A DNA stretch of 64,000 nt from an uncultured delta proteobacterium (lineage in GTDB: Bacteria; Desulfobacterota; Zymogenia; Zymogenales; Zymogenaceae), in contig CAVTLK010000001.1 in assembly GCA_963735595.1 (NCBI GenBank), positions 736,001-800,000 on the forward strand. Direction: 5' to 3'. The notes under the pieces were generated by a model. The model saw only the letters and a program-made list of their open reading frames with translations, was not told the origin of the DNA and searched no databases. Numbering within the stretch: the stretch's first letter is position 1; every line of letters starts with the position of its first letter. Below, piece by piece: positions 24,907 through 34,396 of this stretch. Position numbers and translations under genes: made by a program.

Positions 24907-25707
24907 ATGAAAAACTCACCAGGACGTTTCTCGAGGTCTTTTGTTATCATCATCTCATGCATCACGGTTCTCGCCTTTGCCGTACCGGCCTTTGCCGCCT
25001 ACGACTTTTCCGTCGCGCGGGACAAGAGCTCCTACGTGACGGGATCCGCCGTTACCATCCAGCTCACCAACACCGGCACCAAGACGCTTACGCTCACGTC
25101 GATGCGCTGGATGGTGCAAGTCAAGAACGGGGACTCGTGGCGCGAGGTCTTCACCGAGGCGGCAAAGCCCTCCACGGTCTCCAATAGCCTGCCTGTGGGT
25201 GATATTGCCACGTGGACGTGGAACGGCAAGGATAACGAGGGGGCGACCCAGCCCGCCGGCGAATACCGGGTCAAGGTATGGGTCATCATGCCCATAGCCG
25301 GTTATCAGGACGATAAGGTAACCAGCACGTTCACCCTTACGTCCGGTTGGAGCGCGAAGAAGGAGATCAAGATCACCTCGAATATGTCCACCTACCACAA
25401 GGGCGGCACCGTGAACTTCACCATCAAGAACATGAGCAGCGAAGCCATTGCGCTTGACACCAGCGGCTTTTCCTGGATCATCTACCGCCACGCCACCTCC
25501 GGTCCGGTCGGCAAGTCCACCCACAACTCCAGGCCGGGGGGCGTCCCCAACCCGCTTCCGCCGGGAGGTTCAGCTTCCTGGTCGTGGGATATGCGTAACG
25601 ACGCCGGCAACTTCGTCGACCCCGGCGACTTCGAACTGGAGGTGAAGCTCCCCAACGTCTCCGGCGGGGCAATCGAGGGTAACTGCTTCTTCAAGGTCAT
25701 TGAGTAG
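24907..25707 (+). CDS. Exported protein with two tandem Ig-like (FlgD/BsuPI-like) domains
   Basis: GGAGG RBS then MKNSPG, signal peptide ending AFA; repeats WTWNGKDNEG..PAGEY and WSWDMRNDAG..DPGDF. Confidence 0.7.
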   Translation: MKNSPGRFSRSFVIIISCITVLAFAVPAFAAYDFSVARDKSSYVTGSAVTIQLTNTGTKTLTLTSMRWMVQVKNGDSWREVFTEAAKPSTVSNSLPVGDIATWTWNGKDNEGATQPAGEYRVKVWVIMPIAGYQDDKVTSTFTLTSGWSAKKEIKITSNMSTYHKGGTVNFTIKNMSSEAIALDTSGFSWIIYRHATSGPVGKSTHNSRPGGVPNPLPPGGSASWSWDMRNDAGNFVDPGDFELEVKLPNVSGGAIEGNCFFKVIE

Positions 25708-25721
25708 CGAATCGACCACAA

Positions 25722-25752
25722 GGGCGGGGGTAAAAACCCCCGCCCCCTTTTT
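25722..25752 (+). terminator. Intrinsic terminator
   Basis: GGGCGGGGGT-AAAA-ACCCCCGCCC followed by a T tract. Confidence 0.8.
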
Positions 25753-25810
25753 GCGTCTCCCGGCCGGGGAGACCCACCCCCGTTCGTATATCGACTATAA
25801 GGAGGATGAT

Positions 25811-26239
25811 ATGAAGCAGTATCGTAAAGGCGGACTCATTATCCTGACCTGTATTCTGGTTGTTTCTCTCGCCCTTTGTCTCCCCTCGTGCCGTAAGATG
25901 AAAGAGGCGGGTAAGGAGCGCCGGATGGAAAAGCTCCAGGCCGAAAAGACCGAGGGGTGCGTCAATTTCACCGGCGTGTGGGATACCAACAACGGGGAGC
26001 TGACGGTGCTCCAGGAGGGCTGTGCCGGCGAGGGGACGCTTGAGGGAATCGGCGGCGGTTTCTACAAGCTGACCGGAAACGTCACCAACGACACCTGGGA
26101 TTTCGAGTGGAACGGCCCTGCGGGCGCCGGCCGGGGCTATTTCACGATGGACCCCGCGGGCGGTAAATTTATCGGCGAGAACGGGGACGGCGAAAACAAC
26201 ACGGGCAGGGGCGCGTGGGACGGGAAAATGGTCAAGTAG
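25811..26239 (+). CDS. Putative lipoprotein, Gly/Trp-rich beta domain
   Basis: AGGAGG RBS; lipobox-like LPSC; FTGVWDTNNGELTV...GRGAWDG. Confidence 0.75.
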   Translation: MKQYRKGGLIILTCILVVSLALCLPSCRKMKEAGKERRMEKLQAEKTEGCVNFTGVWDTNNGELTVLQEGCAGEGTLEGIGGGFYKLTGNVTNDTWDFEWNGPAGAGRGYFTMDPAGGKFIGENGDGENNTGRGAWDGKMVK

Positions 26240-26260
26240 CAGTTTCGGTTGGAGGATATA

Positions 26261-26686
26261 ATGAAACGCTTTAATCTTATCGGCGTCTTTTTTCTCGTCG
26301 CGCTCTTTGCAGTAGCCGTTACCCTCGGGATTGCCGGGTGCCGGAGAGCGGCAGAAACACCGGCGGAGCCGGAGGCGGTTACGCCCATCGCGGCCCCGGC
26401 CGAGGAGTGCGCCTCCTTTGTTGGCACATGGGACGTCAACCTCGGCGAGCTGACGGTCGTCCAGGAGGGCTGTGAGGCCGAAGGGAAGCTCAAGGGGACC
26501 GGCGGGGGCTACTACGCACTCGAGGGACACATCACGGGAGACACCTGGGATTTCTCGTGGAAGGGACCCGAAGGCAGGGGCCACGGCTACCTCACGATGG
26601 ACCCGGCCGGCGGGAAGTTCATCGGTGAGCACGGCGACGGCGACAGCACCACCGGCAAGGGCAGATGGGACGGGATCATCAGGTAA
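26261..26686 (+). CDS. Putative lipoprotein, tandem paralog of 25811-26239
   Basis: GGAGG RBS; lipobox IAGC; FVGTWDVNLGELTV...GKGRWDG. Confidence 0.75.
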   Translation: MKRFNLIGVFFLVALFAVAVTLGIAGCRRAAETPAEPEAVTPIAAPAEECASFVGTWDVNLGELTVVQEGCEAEGKLKGTGGGYYALEGHITGDTWDFSWKGPEGRGHGYLTMDPAGGKFIGEHGDGDSTTGKGRWDGIIR

Positions 26687-26708
26687 CCGATCCCCCAAAC
26701 AAAACCGG

Positions 26709-26738
26709 AAACGGGCGGAGGAAATCTCCGCCCGTTTT
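26709..26738. terminator. Bidirectional terminator between convergent genes
   Basis: AAACGGGCGGAG-GAAAT-CTCCGCCCGTTT. Confidence 0.8.
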
Positions 26739-26767
26739 GTATCGGCCCAATTCGCGCGGCTGCAACC

Positions 26768-27397
26768 CTATTTCAAGAGATAGCGCTTGAACATGGTTAC
26801 AAGCTGATACAGGACATCCTTCTCATCAGCGCCGACTTTGTTACTATACAGATAATGGAATACCGCGTGGGTTGCCCTGCCCATGACGATCATCGCGGTA
26901 TCCAGGTTTTCCAGAGCAATGCGGTCCGGATTCTCCCGAAACCATTTTACAATCACCTTTTCTTCTTCCTTTTCCCAATGGTCGTGTATCTCGGCGGCCT
27001 TCTCATTCATTGTGACGAATCTATTAATTTCGTAGTTCAATTTCCCGTATTTCGTATGGAATGCATAGATAGTGGAAAATAGGTGATCGATTCCCGCCTC
27101 AAATCCCATATTCCGTGATCGTATCTGTTCGACACACTCCCGTGTGATACTGTAAACATTTCTGGACCGTTCCTCCAATACCACGAGGAATATCTCTTCC
27201 TTATTCTTGAAGTGCGCATATACTCCGCCAATGGATAGCCCGGACCTTTCAGCTATATGGTGCGTTGTCGTAGCCTCGAATCCCAGCTCAGAGAACACAT
27301 GTCTGGCTGCTTCGAGGATATTCCGCCTGGTCCTCCTTGACCGTTCCTGGAGCGGTTCCTTAAACGCGATTACCGATTGTGGGTTTTCCAGAGTCAT
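26768..27397 (-). CDS. TetR/AcrR family transcriptional regulator
   Basis: ILEAARHVFSELGFEATTTHHIAERSGLSIGGVYAHFKNKEEI HTH. Confidence 0.95.
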   Translation of the reverse strand: MTLENPQSVIAFKEPLQERSRRTRRNILEAARHVFSELGFEATTTHHIAERSGLSIGGVYAHFKNKEEIFLVVLEERSRNVYSITRECVEQIRSRNMGFEAGIDHLFSTIYAFHTKYGKLNYEINRFVTMNEKAAEIHDHWEKEEEKVIVKWFRENPDRIALENLDTAMIVMGRATHAVFHYLYSNKVGADEKDVLYQLVTMFKRYLLK

Positions 27398-27521
27398 GTA
27401 GCTATCGGCCCTCCATGATACGTCGGTAGAAGACTTAAATAGTGCGGTATTTCTATCGGTTCAATAGTACCAGACAATAGCAGCAAAGACAAATAAAATG
27501 TGACGTCGAATTCGTTTTTTA

Positions 27522-27550
27522 TTGACATGCCCCAAGAATGGGTATAGGAT
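27522..27550 (+). promoter_or_regulatory. Putative sigma70 promoter of the operon divergent from tetR
   Basis: TTGACA-17bp-TAGGAT, flanked by two GACGTCG-containing imperfect palindromes. Confidence 0.55.
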
Positions 27551-27796
27551 TATTCCAATTTCCGAATAAGACGTCGGTTTCTATTTGTTTTAAAGGCGGC
27601 CGCGACTATGCTCCCCCCGGCATTCCGCTCGGCGGCCGACTTTGATAATCCGACGTATCGAAAGCCCGCCACGTTAAGGCGGAAGGTATCCCTACCGGAG
27701 AAGTCCATACATATCGATTCACGGAACTATAGCCGAGGGAATCTCGCAGGCGCCCTATTTCATTGTCACACATAACGGTTTTATGAGGAGTGACCC

Positions 27797-28417
27797 ATGG
27801 ACGAAGAACGAAAAAAGCAACTGGACGCCACGGTCCAAAGCATCTGGAAGGTGATGGAGAACTTCGGAACCCAGAAAGAAGAGCATATTCCGGCCGGTGA
27901 GGCCGCCGAAGAACGGCGTGCCCTGGCGCGCCGTATCGGAAGGCTCTATCTTTCTTTCGCGCGTGTGCTGATAGACCGCCTGGGCGAAGAAGAGGCGACG
28001 AAGGCAATTCTCGAAGCCATCAGAGACTATTCCTTCCAGTGCGCCGAAGCGCGCCGCGCCGGAATAATGGACCTGCCACAGCGAGGAATCCATGAGAAAA
28101 ACGAGATGGTCGAGGATAAGGGAGAAAAGCGCCTGAGAAGCCGGGGATGCGGGATCGCACAGGAATTTCGCCGCCAGGGCGAGGAAAAACTCGGCGCTCT
28201 CTACTGTTATATCGATCCATGCTCCTTCATGCTGACGATGCCCAACGTCAAGCTCTATCACAAAAAAATGGAGCCGCTCGGAGACGACTGCTGCGAGTTC
28301 GATATCGCCGTCGTATCGGACGAAGAGATGGCAGATGTCACACAACCGGGTAAGGATTACCGGTATATCGATCCCATCATTAACGAGGGGACAAAGGGAT
28401 CGCTCAGGAAGAAATAG
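27797..28417 (+). CDS. L-2-amino-thiazoline-4-carboxylate (ATC) hydrolase-like family protein
   Basis: LIDRLGEEEA, GCGIAQ...LYCYID...GDDCCEF Cys pattern typical of this family. Confidence 0.7.
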   Translation: MDEERKKQLDATVQSIWKVMENFGTQKEEHIPAGEAAEERRALARRIGRLYLSFARVLIDRLGEEEATKAILEAIRDYSFQCAEARRAGIMDLPQRGIHEKNEMVEDKGEKRLRSRGCGIAQEFRRQGEEKLGALYCYIDPCSFMLTMPNVKLYHKKMEPLGDDCCEFDIAVVSDEEMADVTQPGKDYRYIDPIINEGTKGSLRKK

Positions 28418-28469
28418 CAACCTCGCCTTTGCGAGTTGCATGACTACGCTCTCACAAGGAGTACCTGTA

Positions 28470-30245
28470 ATGGAATTAAGAACAATCAAGACCGACGTCC
28501 TGGTCGTCGGCGGCGGGGGCGCGGGGTTCCGTGCCGCAATCGGCGCCCGGGAGAAAGGGACCTCGGTCCTGCTCCTCAGTAAAGGTCCGCTGGCCCGGTG
28601 CGGGGCGAGCCCTATGGCCGGGGCCGATTTTACGCTGGACGGCAACAGCATGAGCAAATTGGGCCGCGAGGGAGACCCGAACGACAGCATGGAAAAGGTC
28701 TTCAACGACATCGTCACGCAGGGCTGGTATCTCAATAACCAGAAGCTGGTCGGGCAGTACGTGAAAACAGCACCCGAGCTTTTTCGAAATCTCGTCGATT
28801 GGGGCCTGGAGATAAAAATGTCCGATCAGCGGATGATCTTTGCTTCCGGCACCGGTATTATGGACGTGCTCCTCAAAAAGGCGCGTTCCGTCGGGGTCGG
28901 GCTCATGGAGGACGTCGCCCTGTTTGAGCTGACCGTTACCGACGGCGTTGTTACCGGGGGGCTGGGCCTGGATATCAGGAGCGGCGAGTTCATCCTCTTC
29001 GAGGCCAAGTCCGTTGTCATGGCCACGGGAGGGTGGCATAAGGCATTCTGGCCGAATACCGGCATGCGCGACCTTTCCGGAGAGGGGATCAGTATGGCCC
29101 ATCGGGCGGGCGCGGATATCGGCAACATGGAGTTTGTCACGTTTTGCTGTAACGTCTTTCTAGCACCGCCGATGTGGCGCGGCAGCATCGCCCCCTATAT
29201 GATCTCGCTCATCTGCGGAGGCAGGCTCACCGACAATCGAAACGAGGACCTTCTTTCCGGATACGATCCCGATCTGGTGAAATACGGCACCGCCACCGAG
29301 TGGAACAAGAGCTTTATTTCCCACGTGTCGGCACTGGCCGTCAGGGAAGGCCGCGGGTTTGAAAACGGCGGCGTCCATTATTCCCGCGGTGACGCCTCGT
29401 GGGATTATATGAAGATGGTTGGCGGCTTCGTCTTCCCCGGCTGGAAGTACAAGGCGATCGACCTTTCCCCGTGGGCGGTTATGCTCGAAAAGGATGAGCC
29501 GGTCGAGGTAGGACCGGCGGTGGAGTATTTCGACGGGGGGATTATCGTAAACGAGCGCTTTGAGACGACCCTGCCGGGACTCTTTGCCGCCGGCGAATGC
29601 TGCCTGGGCGCCTTCGGGGCCAACCGCGTCTTCTCGGCAATCACCGAGATGCTCGTCCAGGGAAAGGACGCGGGCGAAAACGCGGCAAACTATGCAAAAA
29701 GCGCATCTGTCCCAAGGCCCGATATGGAGATCATAAGAGATTCCCGTGAATCGGCCGAGCGGCCCATCGCCAGGAGAAGCGGCGCACATCCCGCCGCGTT
29801 TCGCAGGCACATCCAGGAGGCCGCCCACAAATATCTCGGCCCAATACGAACGGCCGACGAGCTAAAGGATTTCATCGCCCTGCTGGAAAACGTAAAGAAG
29901 GATGCGTTATCCGATCTTGCCGTGACCTCCCCGAGCCGATCATATAATAAGGAGTGGATCGACGCGCTGGAGTTACCGCATATCGTTCATCTCCTCGAGG
30001 CATCAGCCAGGAGCGCCCTGGCGCGCCAAGAGAGCCGCGGTGTCCATTTTCGCAAGGATTTTCCCCGGACGGACAACGACCGCTGGCTTGTCGAGAGCGT
30101 CGTGAAGTACAAAAAAGGCGCTCTGGATGTGACCAATCGGCCGACTACCGTGACGGCGATGACTCCACCGGGGGGAACCCTTCCCTACCTTGATATGATG
30201 AAACGATTCATGCTGGCCCACTCGGACACGGGGGGCAAACACTAA
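28470..30245 (+). CDS. SdhA/FrdA/NadB-fold flavoprotein with non-canonical active site
   Basis: DVLVVGGGGAG, ATGG, GLFAAGEC, GANR, ESRGVHFRKDFP; AGGAG RBS before ATG 28470. Confidence 0.88.
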   Translation: MELRTIKTDVLVVGGGGAGFRAAIGAREKGTSVLLLSKGPLARCGASPMAGADFTLDGNSMSKLGREGDPNDSMEKVFNDIVTQGWYLNNQKLVGQYVKTAPELFRNLVDWGLEIKMSDQRMIFASGTGIMDVLLKKARSVGVGLMEDVALFELTVTDGVVTGGLGLDIRSGEFILFEAKSVVMATGGWHKAFWPNTGMRDLSGEGISMAHRAGADIGNMEFVTFCCNVFLAPPMWRGSIAPYMISLICGGRLTDNRNEDLLSGYDPDLVKYGTATEWNKSFISHVSALAVREGRGFENGGVHYSRGDASWDYMKMVGGFVFPGWKYKAIDLSPWAVMLEKDEPVEVGPAVEYFDGGIIVNERFETTLPGLFAAGECCLGAFGANRVFSAITEMLVQGKDAGENAANYAKSASVPRPDMEIIRDSRESAERPIARRSGAHPAAFRRHIQEAAHKYLGPIRTADELKDFIALLENVKKDALSDLAVTSPSRSYNKEWIDALELPHIVHLLEASARSALARQESRGVHFRKDFPRTDNDRWLVESVVKYKKGALDVTNRPTTVTAMTPPGGTLPYLDMMKRFMLAHSDTGGKH

Positions 30246-30284
30246 AGCCGGCGCTATATCGACACTATCCGAGAGGAAAAAGAG

Positions 30285-30626
30285 ATGTCGCAAAAAAAGA
30301 TTATTATAAAGCTATTCAGATACGACCCCTCGACCGACGAAAAACCTTCCTACAAAGGGTACGAGGTTCCCTTTACCGAGGGGATGAGCGCGCTCAACGC
30401 CCTCGATTACATTTATCAGAACCTGGACCCGACGATCGCCTATTACGATCACGCGGGCTGCGCGCTCGGCATCTGCGCCCGCTGCACGGGCAGGATCAAT
30501 GGAAAGGCGGGGCTCCTGTGCCAGACACCCCTGCCGGAGGACGCCGAGGTGATCATCGAGCCGACGAGCCCACATCGAGTGTTGAGGGATTTGGTCATGC
30601 GAAAACAAAAGACCAAAGAGGGCTAA
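30285..30626 (+). CDS. 2Fe-2S protein equivalent to the SdhB/FrdB N-terminal domain only
   Basis: FRYDP...LNALDYI...GCALGICARC...INGK...C; ends after 113 aa with no 4Fe-4S/3Fe-4S domain. Confidence 0.85.
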   Translation: MSQKKIIIKLFRYDPSTDEKPSYKGYEVPFTEGMSALNALDYIYQNLDPTIAYYDHAGCALGICARCTGRINGKAGLLCQTPLPEDAEVIIEPTSPHRVLRDLVMRKQKTKEG

Positions 30627-30666
30627 GACATTACTTTCATGGACTCATTGTCACAGGAGATGTAAC

Positions 30667-31953
30667 ATGGACAACGCAACAGAGAAAAACTTAGTAGTAA
30701 CCAGGAGACACGCCTACTATGTGTTCGTCCTCCTCTTCCTCCTCTATGTCTTTAACTACATAGACCGCATCATCATTTCCTCCCTGATCCCCTACCTGAA
30801 GGCGGAATGGACCCTGACCGACTATCAGCTCGGCTGGCTTGCATCCATCGTCACCCTGATGATGACGGTCTTCGTCTTCCCGATCTCTTTTCTCGTCGAT
30901 CGGTGGAGCAGAAAGAAGGCGATCGGCATTATGGCGATCATCTGGGGGCTGGCCTCAGCGGCCTGCGCGCTGGCGAGGAATTTCACGGAGCTTTCCATCC
31001 TTCGCTCATTCGTCGGCATCGCCGAGGCGGCATACACCGCCGGCGGCTTTGCCATGATTGCGGCCTTCTTCCCCGAAAACAAGCGGTCCACCATAAGTGG
31101 CTTGTTCAGTATGGCCATACCTTTGGGGGCGGCCCTCGGCATGGCGCTGGGCGGAATAATCGCCGAATCCCTCGGCTGGCGGTATTCTTTCGGGATCATG
31201 GCGGTACCCGGCCTGATCGTGGCCGTTCTTTTCTTCTTCGTTAAGGACTACAAGACCGTCGAGATCCGCAAAGAAGTCAAACGGGGCGCGCAGGTGATCT
31301 CGAAGAAAATGGGCCTATGGGACATTGTCCAGACTATTCTGAAAACCCCGTCCCTGCTCTACACCTACGTGGGATATATGACCACTGCCTTCGTGACGAC
31401 GGGCCTGATGGTGTGGCTCCCCACGTTCTACAACAGGGTCGAGGGGCTGCCGATGGACAAGGCGTCGATGAAGGGGGCGGTGATTATGCTGCTGGTTATT
31501 GTCGGCGCGCCGTTGGGGGGAATCATCACCGATTGGGGATGGAAATACCGCCCTGCCGCACGGATGAGCATTCCCGCCCTGACGTCTCTTATCTCCGCGG
31601 TCCTGCTTACCGCCGCGCTATTGTGTGACCATCGATACCAGTACAGCCTCTTTCTCCTTTTTGGGCTTTTCTCGCCGATGTATATCGCCGGGGGGGCGGC
31701 CGTTACCCAGGATGTCGTACACCCGGGGCTGAGGGCGATTTCGTACGGGACAAACCAGTTTTTCATGATGCTTATCGGCTATTCCCTCAGCCCGATCATT
31801 ATTGGGGCGATATCAGACCGCTATGACCTCATCACGGCCTTCAAGATACTGCCCATATTCTGTTTTCTTGCCGCAGTGGCCTTCTTCATCGGCCACTTCT
31901 ACTACGAGAGAGATCTCAAGAAGGTCGAACGCGTCACGCTCAAGGAGGAATAA
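30667..31953 (+). CDS. MFS transporter (spinster-like)
   Basis: FNYIDR, LVDRWSRKK motif A, GIAEA, LGWRYSF; about 12 TM segments. Confidence 0.92.
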   Translation: MDNATEKNLVVTRRHAYYVFVLLFLLYVFNYIDRIIISSLIPYLKAEWTLTDYQLGWLASIVTLMMTVFVFPISFLVDRWSRKKAIGIMAIIWGLASAACALARNFTELSILRSFVGIAEAAYTAGGFAMIAAFFPENKRSTISGLFSMAIPLGAALGMALGGIIAESLGWRYSFGIMAVPGLIVAVLFFFVKDYKTVEIRKEVKRGAQVISKKMGLWDIVQTILKTPSLLYTYVGYMTTAFVTTGLMVWLPTFYNRVEGLPMDKASMKGAVIMLLVIVGAPLGGIITDWGWKYRPAARMSIPALTSLISAVLLTAALLCDHRYQYSLFLLFGLFSPMYIAGGAAVTQDVVHPGLRAISYGTNQFFMMLIGYSLSPIIIGAISDRYDLITAFKILPIFCFLAAVAFFIGHFYYERDLKKVERVTLKEE

Positions 31954-31993
31954 GGCGTCTTGCCGGTGATTTTGTGTAATAAAGGAGATAACC

Positions 31994-32656
31994 ATGAAAA
32001 AGAATGAATCGTTCCAGTCGTTCAAGGGGGGCGCCGCAGGGATCATGATGATCCTGCTTCCCGTGTTGATGATCGTTGCCTACGCATTGCACCCGAACCT
32101 GTTGAGTCTCGAGGTGATGAGCCGGGCGTCCGAGATGATCGGAAATTTCCACGGCAATACTCTATGGAAAATAGGCCACCTCCTGATGGTCTGCGCGATT
32201 CCCCTGATCATCGGTGTGACGCTGTCACTCGCGGGGCTCATCAGGGGCAAGGCGGACGGGCTCGCCCTTATCGGTTCTGTCCTTTCCATCATCGGCGCCG
32301 TCGTGTTGGCACTGGATAAGGGCGCATATTTTCTCGTGCCGTCCGCCTTTGATGTCCTTCCCGAAGATGTCCTCTTTTCTCTGGAACCGGGTATCCAGGC
32401 GATGATAGATCGGGCGGGCTTTATGGCGATCGTGTGGCTGCTGCCGCTGATCTCCATCGGCCTTATCCTGATCGCGGTCGGCCTCATCAAGACGAACGTT
32501 GTTCCGAGGCGGCAGAGTATTCTCATCGTCATCGGGCTGGTTCTCCTGATCAACCCGGATATCGATATTATCTCGCTTGTCGCATCGGTCTTTCTCCTGC
32601 TGGGATTAACGCCGGTCGGTATCGGTTTTCTTTCGGGGAAGTACAAGGTCGGATGA
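31994..32656 (+). CDS. Hypothetical integral membrane protein
   Basis: AAGGAG RBS; several hydrophobic segments; host-like codon usage. Confidence 0.7.
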   Translation: MKKNESFQSFKGGAAGIMMILLPVLMIVAYALHPNLLSLEVMSRASEMIGNFHGNTLWKIGHLLMVCAIPLIIGVTLSLAGLIRGKADGLALIGSVLSIIGAVVLALDKGAYFLVPSAFDVLPEDVLFSLEPGIQAMIDRAGFMAIVWLLPLISIGLILIAVGLIKTNVVPRRQSILIVIGLVLLINPDIDIISLVASVFLLLGLTPVGIGFLSGKYKVG

Positions 32657-32840
32657 AAGATAACGTCGGCTACCGCGGCTCTCATCGGATTTCCCGGTGC
32701 GTCAGTCGATCTCTCTTTACCGGTCGGTTCCCGACGCCCGGTAGCTAAATAGGCGATTCCATTTAGACGATGCATGTGATACTATTTAACAACGCAACGC
32801 CCGCCGGACATATCGATCCGGCGGGCCTTCGGAACAAACG

Positions 32841-34211
32841 ATGAACCCGAGAGACGAAACGATCCTCGCAATCCTCAAACGCTACGTGGTCCCCGCTCTC
32901 GGCTGCACCGAGCCGGTGAGCGTGGCCCTGGCCTCGGCCGCCGCCGCCCGCGCGCTCGGCGCACCGCCGGAGCGGATCACGCTCACGCTTGACCGCTACA
33001 TACTCAGAAACGCCATCGCGGTGGGCGTGCCCGGCACGGGCAGCCGCGGCGTGGCCGTTGCGGCGGCCCTCGGAGCCTTCGCCGGCAACCCCGACCGGGC
33101 CCTCATGGTGATCGAGGGCGCTCCCCCCGCCGATATACGGCGGGCCCGCGCCTTTGTGGAAGAAAAGCGGATCGTCATCTCCGTCAAGCCGGACGCCCCC
33201 GGCATCTATATCAGGGCCGAGATGACGGGCGGCGGCCATTCTGCGTCGGCCGTCATCGAGGGGACCCACGACCACCTCGTCGCGGTGGAGCGCGACGGGG
33301 AATCGCTGTTTATTGACGAGGGTGCCCCATCCCAAGAGGAGGCCTGGTTCGGGACCTTCTCTGATATGACCATAGCCGATGCCGAACAGTTCGCCCGATC
33401 GATCCCCCTTTCCGAGATCGAGTTCATGGCAGAGGGCCTTACCCTGACCGCCCACGCACGGGACGTGGGCCTTGCCGAGAAGGCGGGGCTCGGGTATGCC
33501 GCTGATCTGACGGCACTTTCCGGCGGATATGGCCGGGCAAACGTCATCGCCCGCGCCAGGGTAGAGGCCGCCGCGGCCTCCGGCGCGCGGATGGCGGGCC
33601 TGCCGGTGCCGGTCACCTCGAGCTTCGGCAGCGGTAACCAGGGAATTGTCATAAACGCCGCTATTGGAAGCGTCGCCCGGCAGCAGGGATATCTGGTGTC
33701 CCCTCCCCGGCCTGCCGACCCAGGGGGAAAGGAGAGAACAGCGGAGGCAGACTCGATAGCGCCGGAGTTCAGGGAAAACGTCCTTCGCGCCCTGTGCCTG
33801 GCCCACCTGGTCACCGGCATCACCAAGACCTACACCGGGATACTCTCCCCCTACTGCGAGGCGGCGGTGACCACCGCCGGCGCCGCGGCCGCCGGCTGCG
33901 TCCGCCTCCTGGGAGGCACGGTTGCCGATATGGAAAACGCGTTCCAATTGACGGTGGCCGCAACCGAGGGGGTGTTCTGCGACGGCGCCAAGGAGTCCTG
34001 CGCCCTCAAGACCTCGATGGGCGCGGGCGCCGCGGTAGAAAACGCGTATCTCTCCCTCGCGGGAAACCACGCCCCGCGCGGCATGGGGATCGTGGGGGCG
34101 GACTTTTTAGGGACGCTCAGGAACTTCCGCCGCCTGGCAAAGGAGATTAAGCTGGACGACGTGATATTGAAGATGCTCGTTGAGCGGGATAACGACTCGA
34201 ACCGGGATTGA
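32841..34211 (+). CDS. L-cysteine desulfidase/Fe-S serine dehydratase alpha-like protein (CyuA/YhaM family)
   Basis: PALGCTEP, GSGNQG, LSPYC, CDGAKESCALK. Confidence 0.85.
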   Translation: MNPRDETILAILKRYVVPALGCTEPVSVALASAAAARALGAPPERITLTLDRYILRNAIAVGVPGTGSRGVAVAAALGAFAGNPDRALMVIEGAPPADIRRARAFVEEKRIVISVKPDAPGIYIRAEMTGGGHSASAVIEGTHDHLVAVERDGESLFIDEGAPSQEEAWFGTFSDMTIADAEQFARSIPLSEIEFMAEGLTLTAHARDVGLAEKAGLGYAADLTALSGGYGRANVIARARVEAAAASGARMAGLPVPVTSSFGSGNQGIVINAAIGSVARQQGYLVSPPRPADPGGKERTAEADSIAPEFRENVLRALCLAHLVTGITKTYTGILSPYCEAAVTTAGAAAAGCVRLLGGTVADMENAFQLTVAATEGVFCDGAKESCALKTSMGAGAAVENAYLSLAGNHAPRGMGIVGADFLGTLRNFRRLAKEIKLDDVILKMLVERDNDSNRD

Positions 34212-34256
34212 GATAAGCTCCCCGGTCCGTCATCCAATGGGGTATTTCATCAGTTT

Positions 34257-34330
34257 TCACCACAAAGACACGAAGACACAAAGAGAGAAAAATACGGTAG
34301 TATCCCTCTAGTGCCTTTGTGCCTTTGTGA
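34257..34330. repeat. Inverted repeat built from 9-mer units (CACAAAGAC / CTTTGTGCC), same family as 59018-59257
   Basis: TCACCACAAAGACACGAAGACACAAAG ... GTGCCTTTGTGCCTTTGTGA. Confidence 0.7.
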
Positions 34331-34396
34331 TTAATACCTTCCAGGTTCTTGGAAAAATACGTAAGAAACGCGAAGATACCCATTACGGAGCCGCCC

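Noticed and set aside
28470..30626. Succinate dehydrogenase/fumarate reductase sdhAB or nadB
   Set aside because: Catalytic His motifs are replaced, the Fe-S subunit is truncated and there is no anchor subunit
32763..34070. Long antisense ORFs (also 2408-3799, 25697-26698, 54880-55926, 57421-58317)
   Set aside because: Typical high-GC shadow frames opposite well-supported genes
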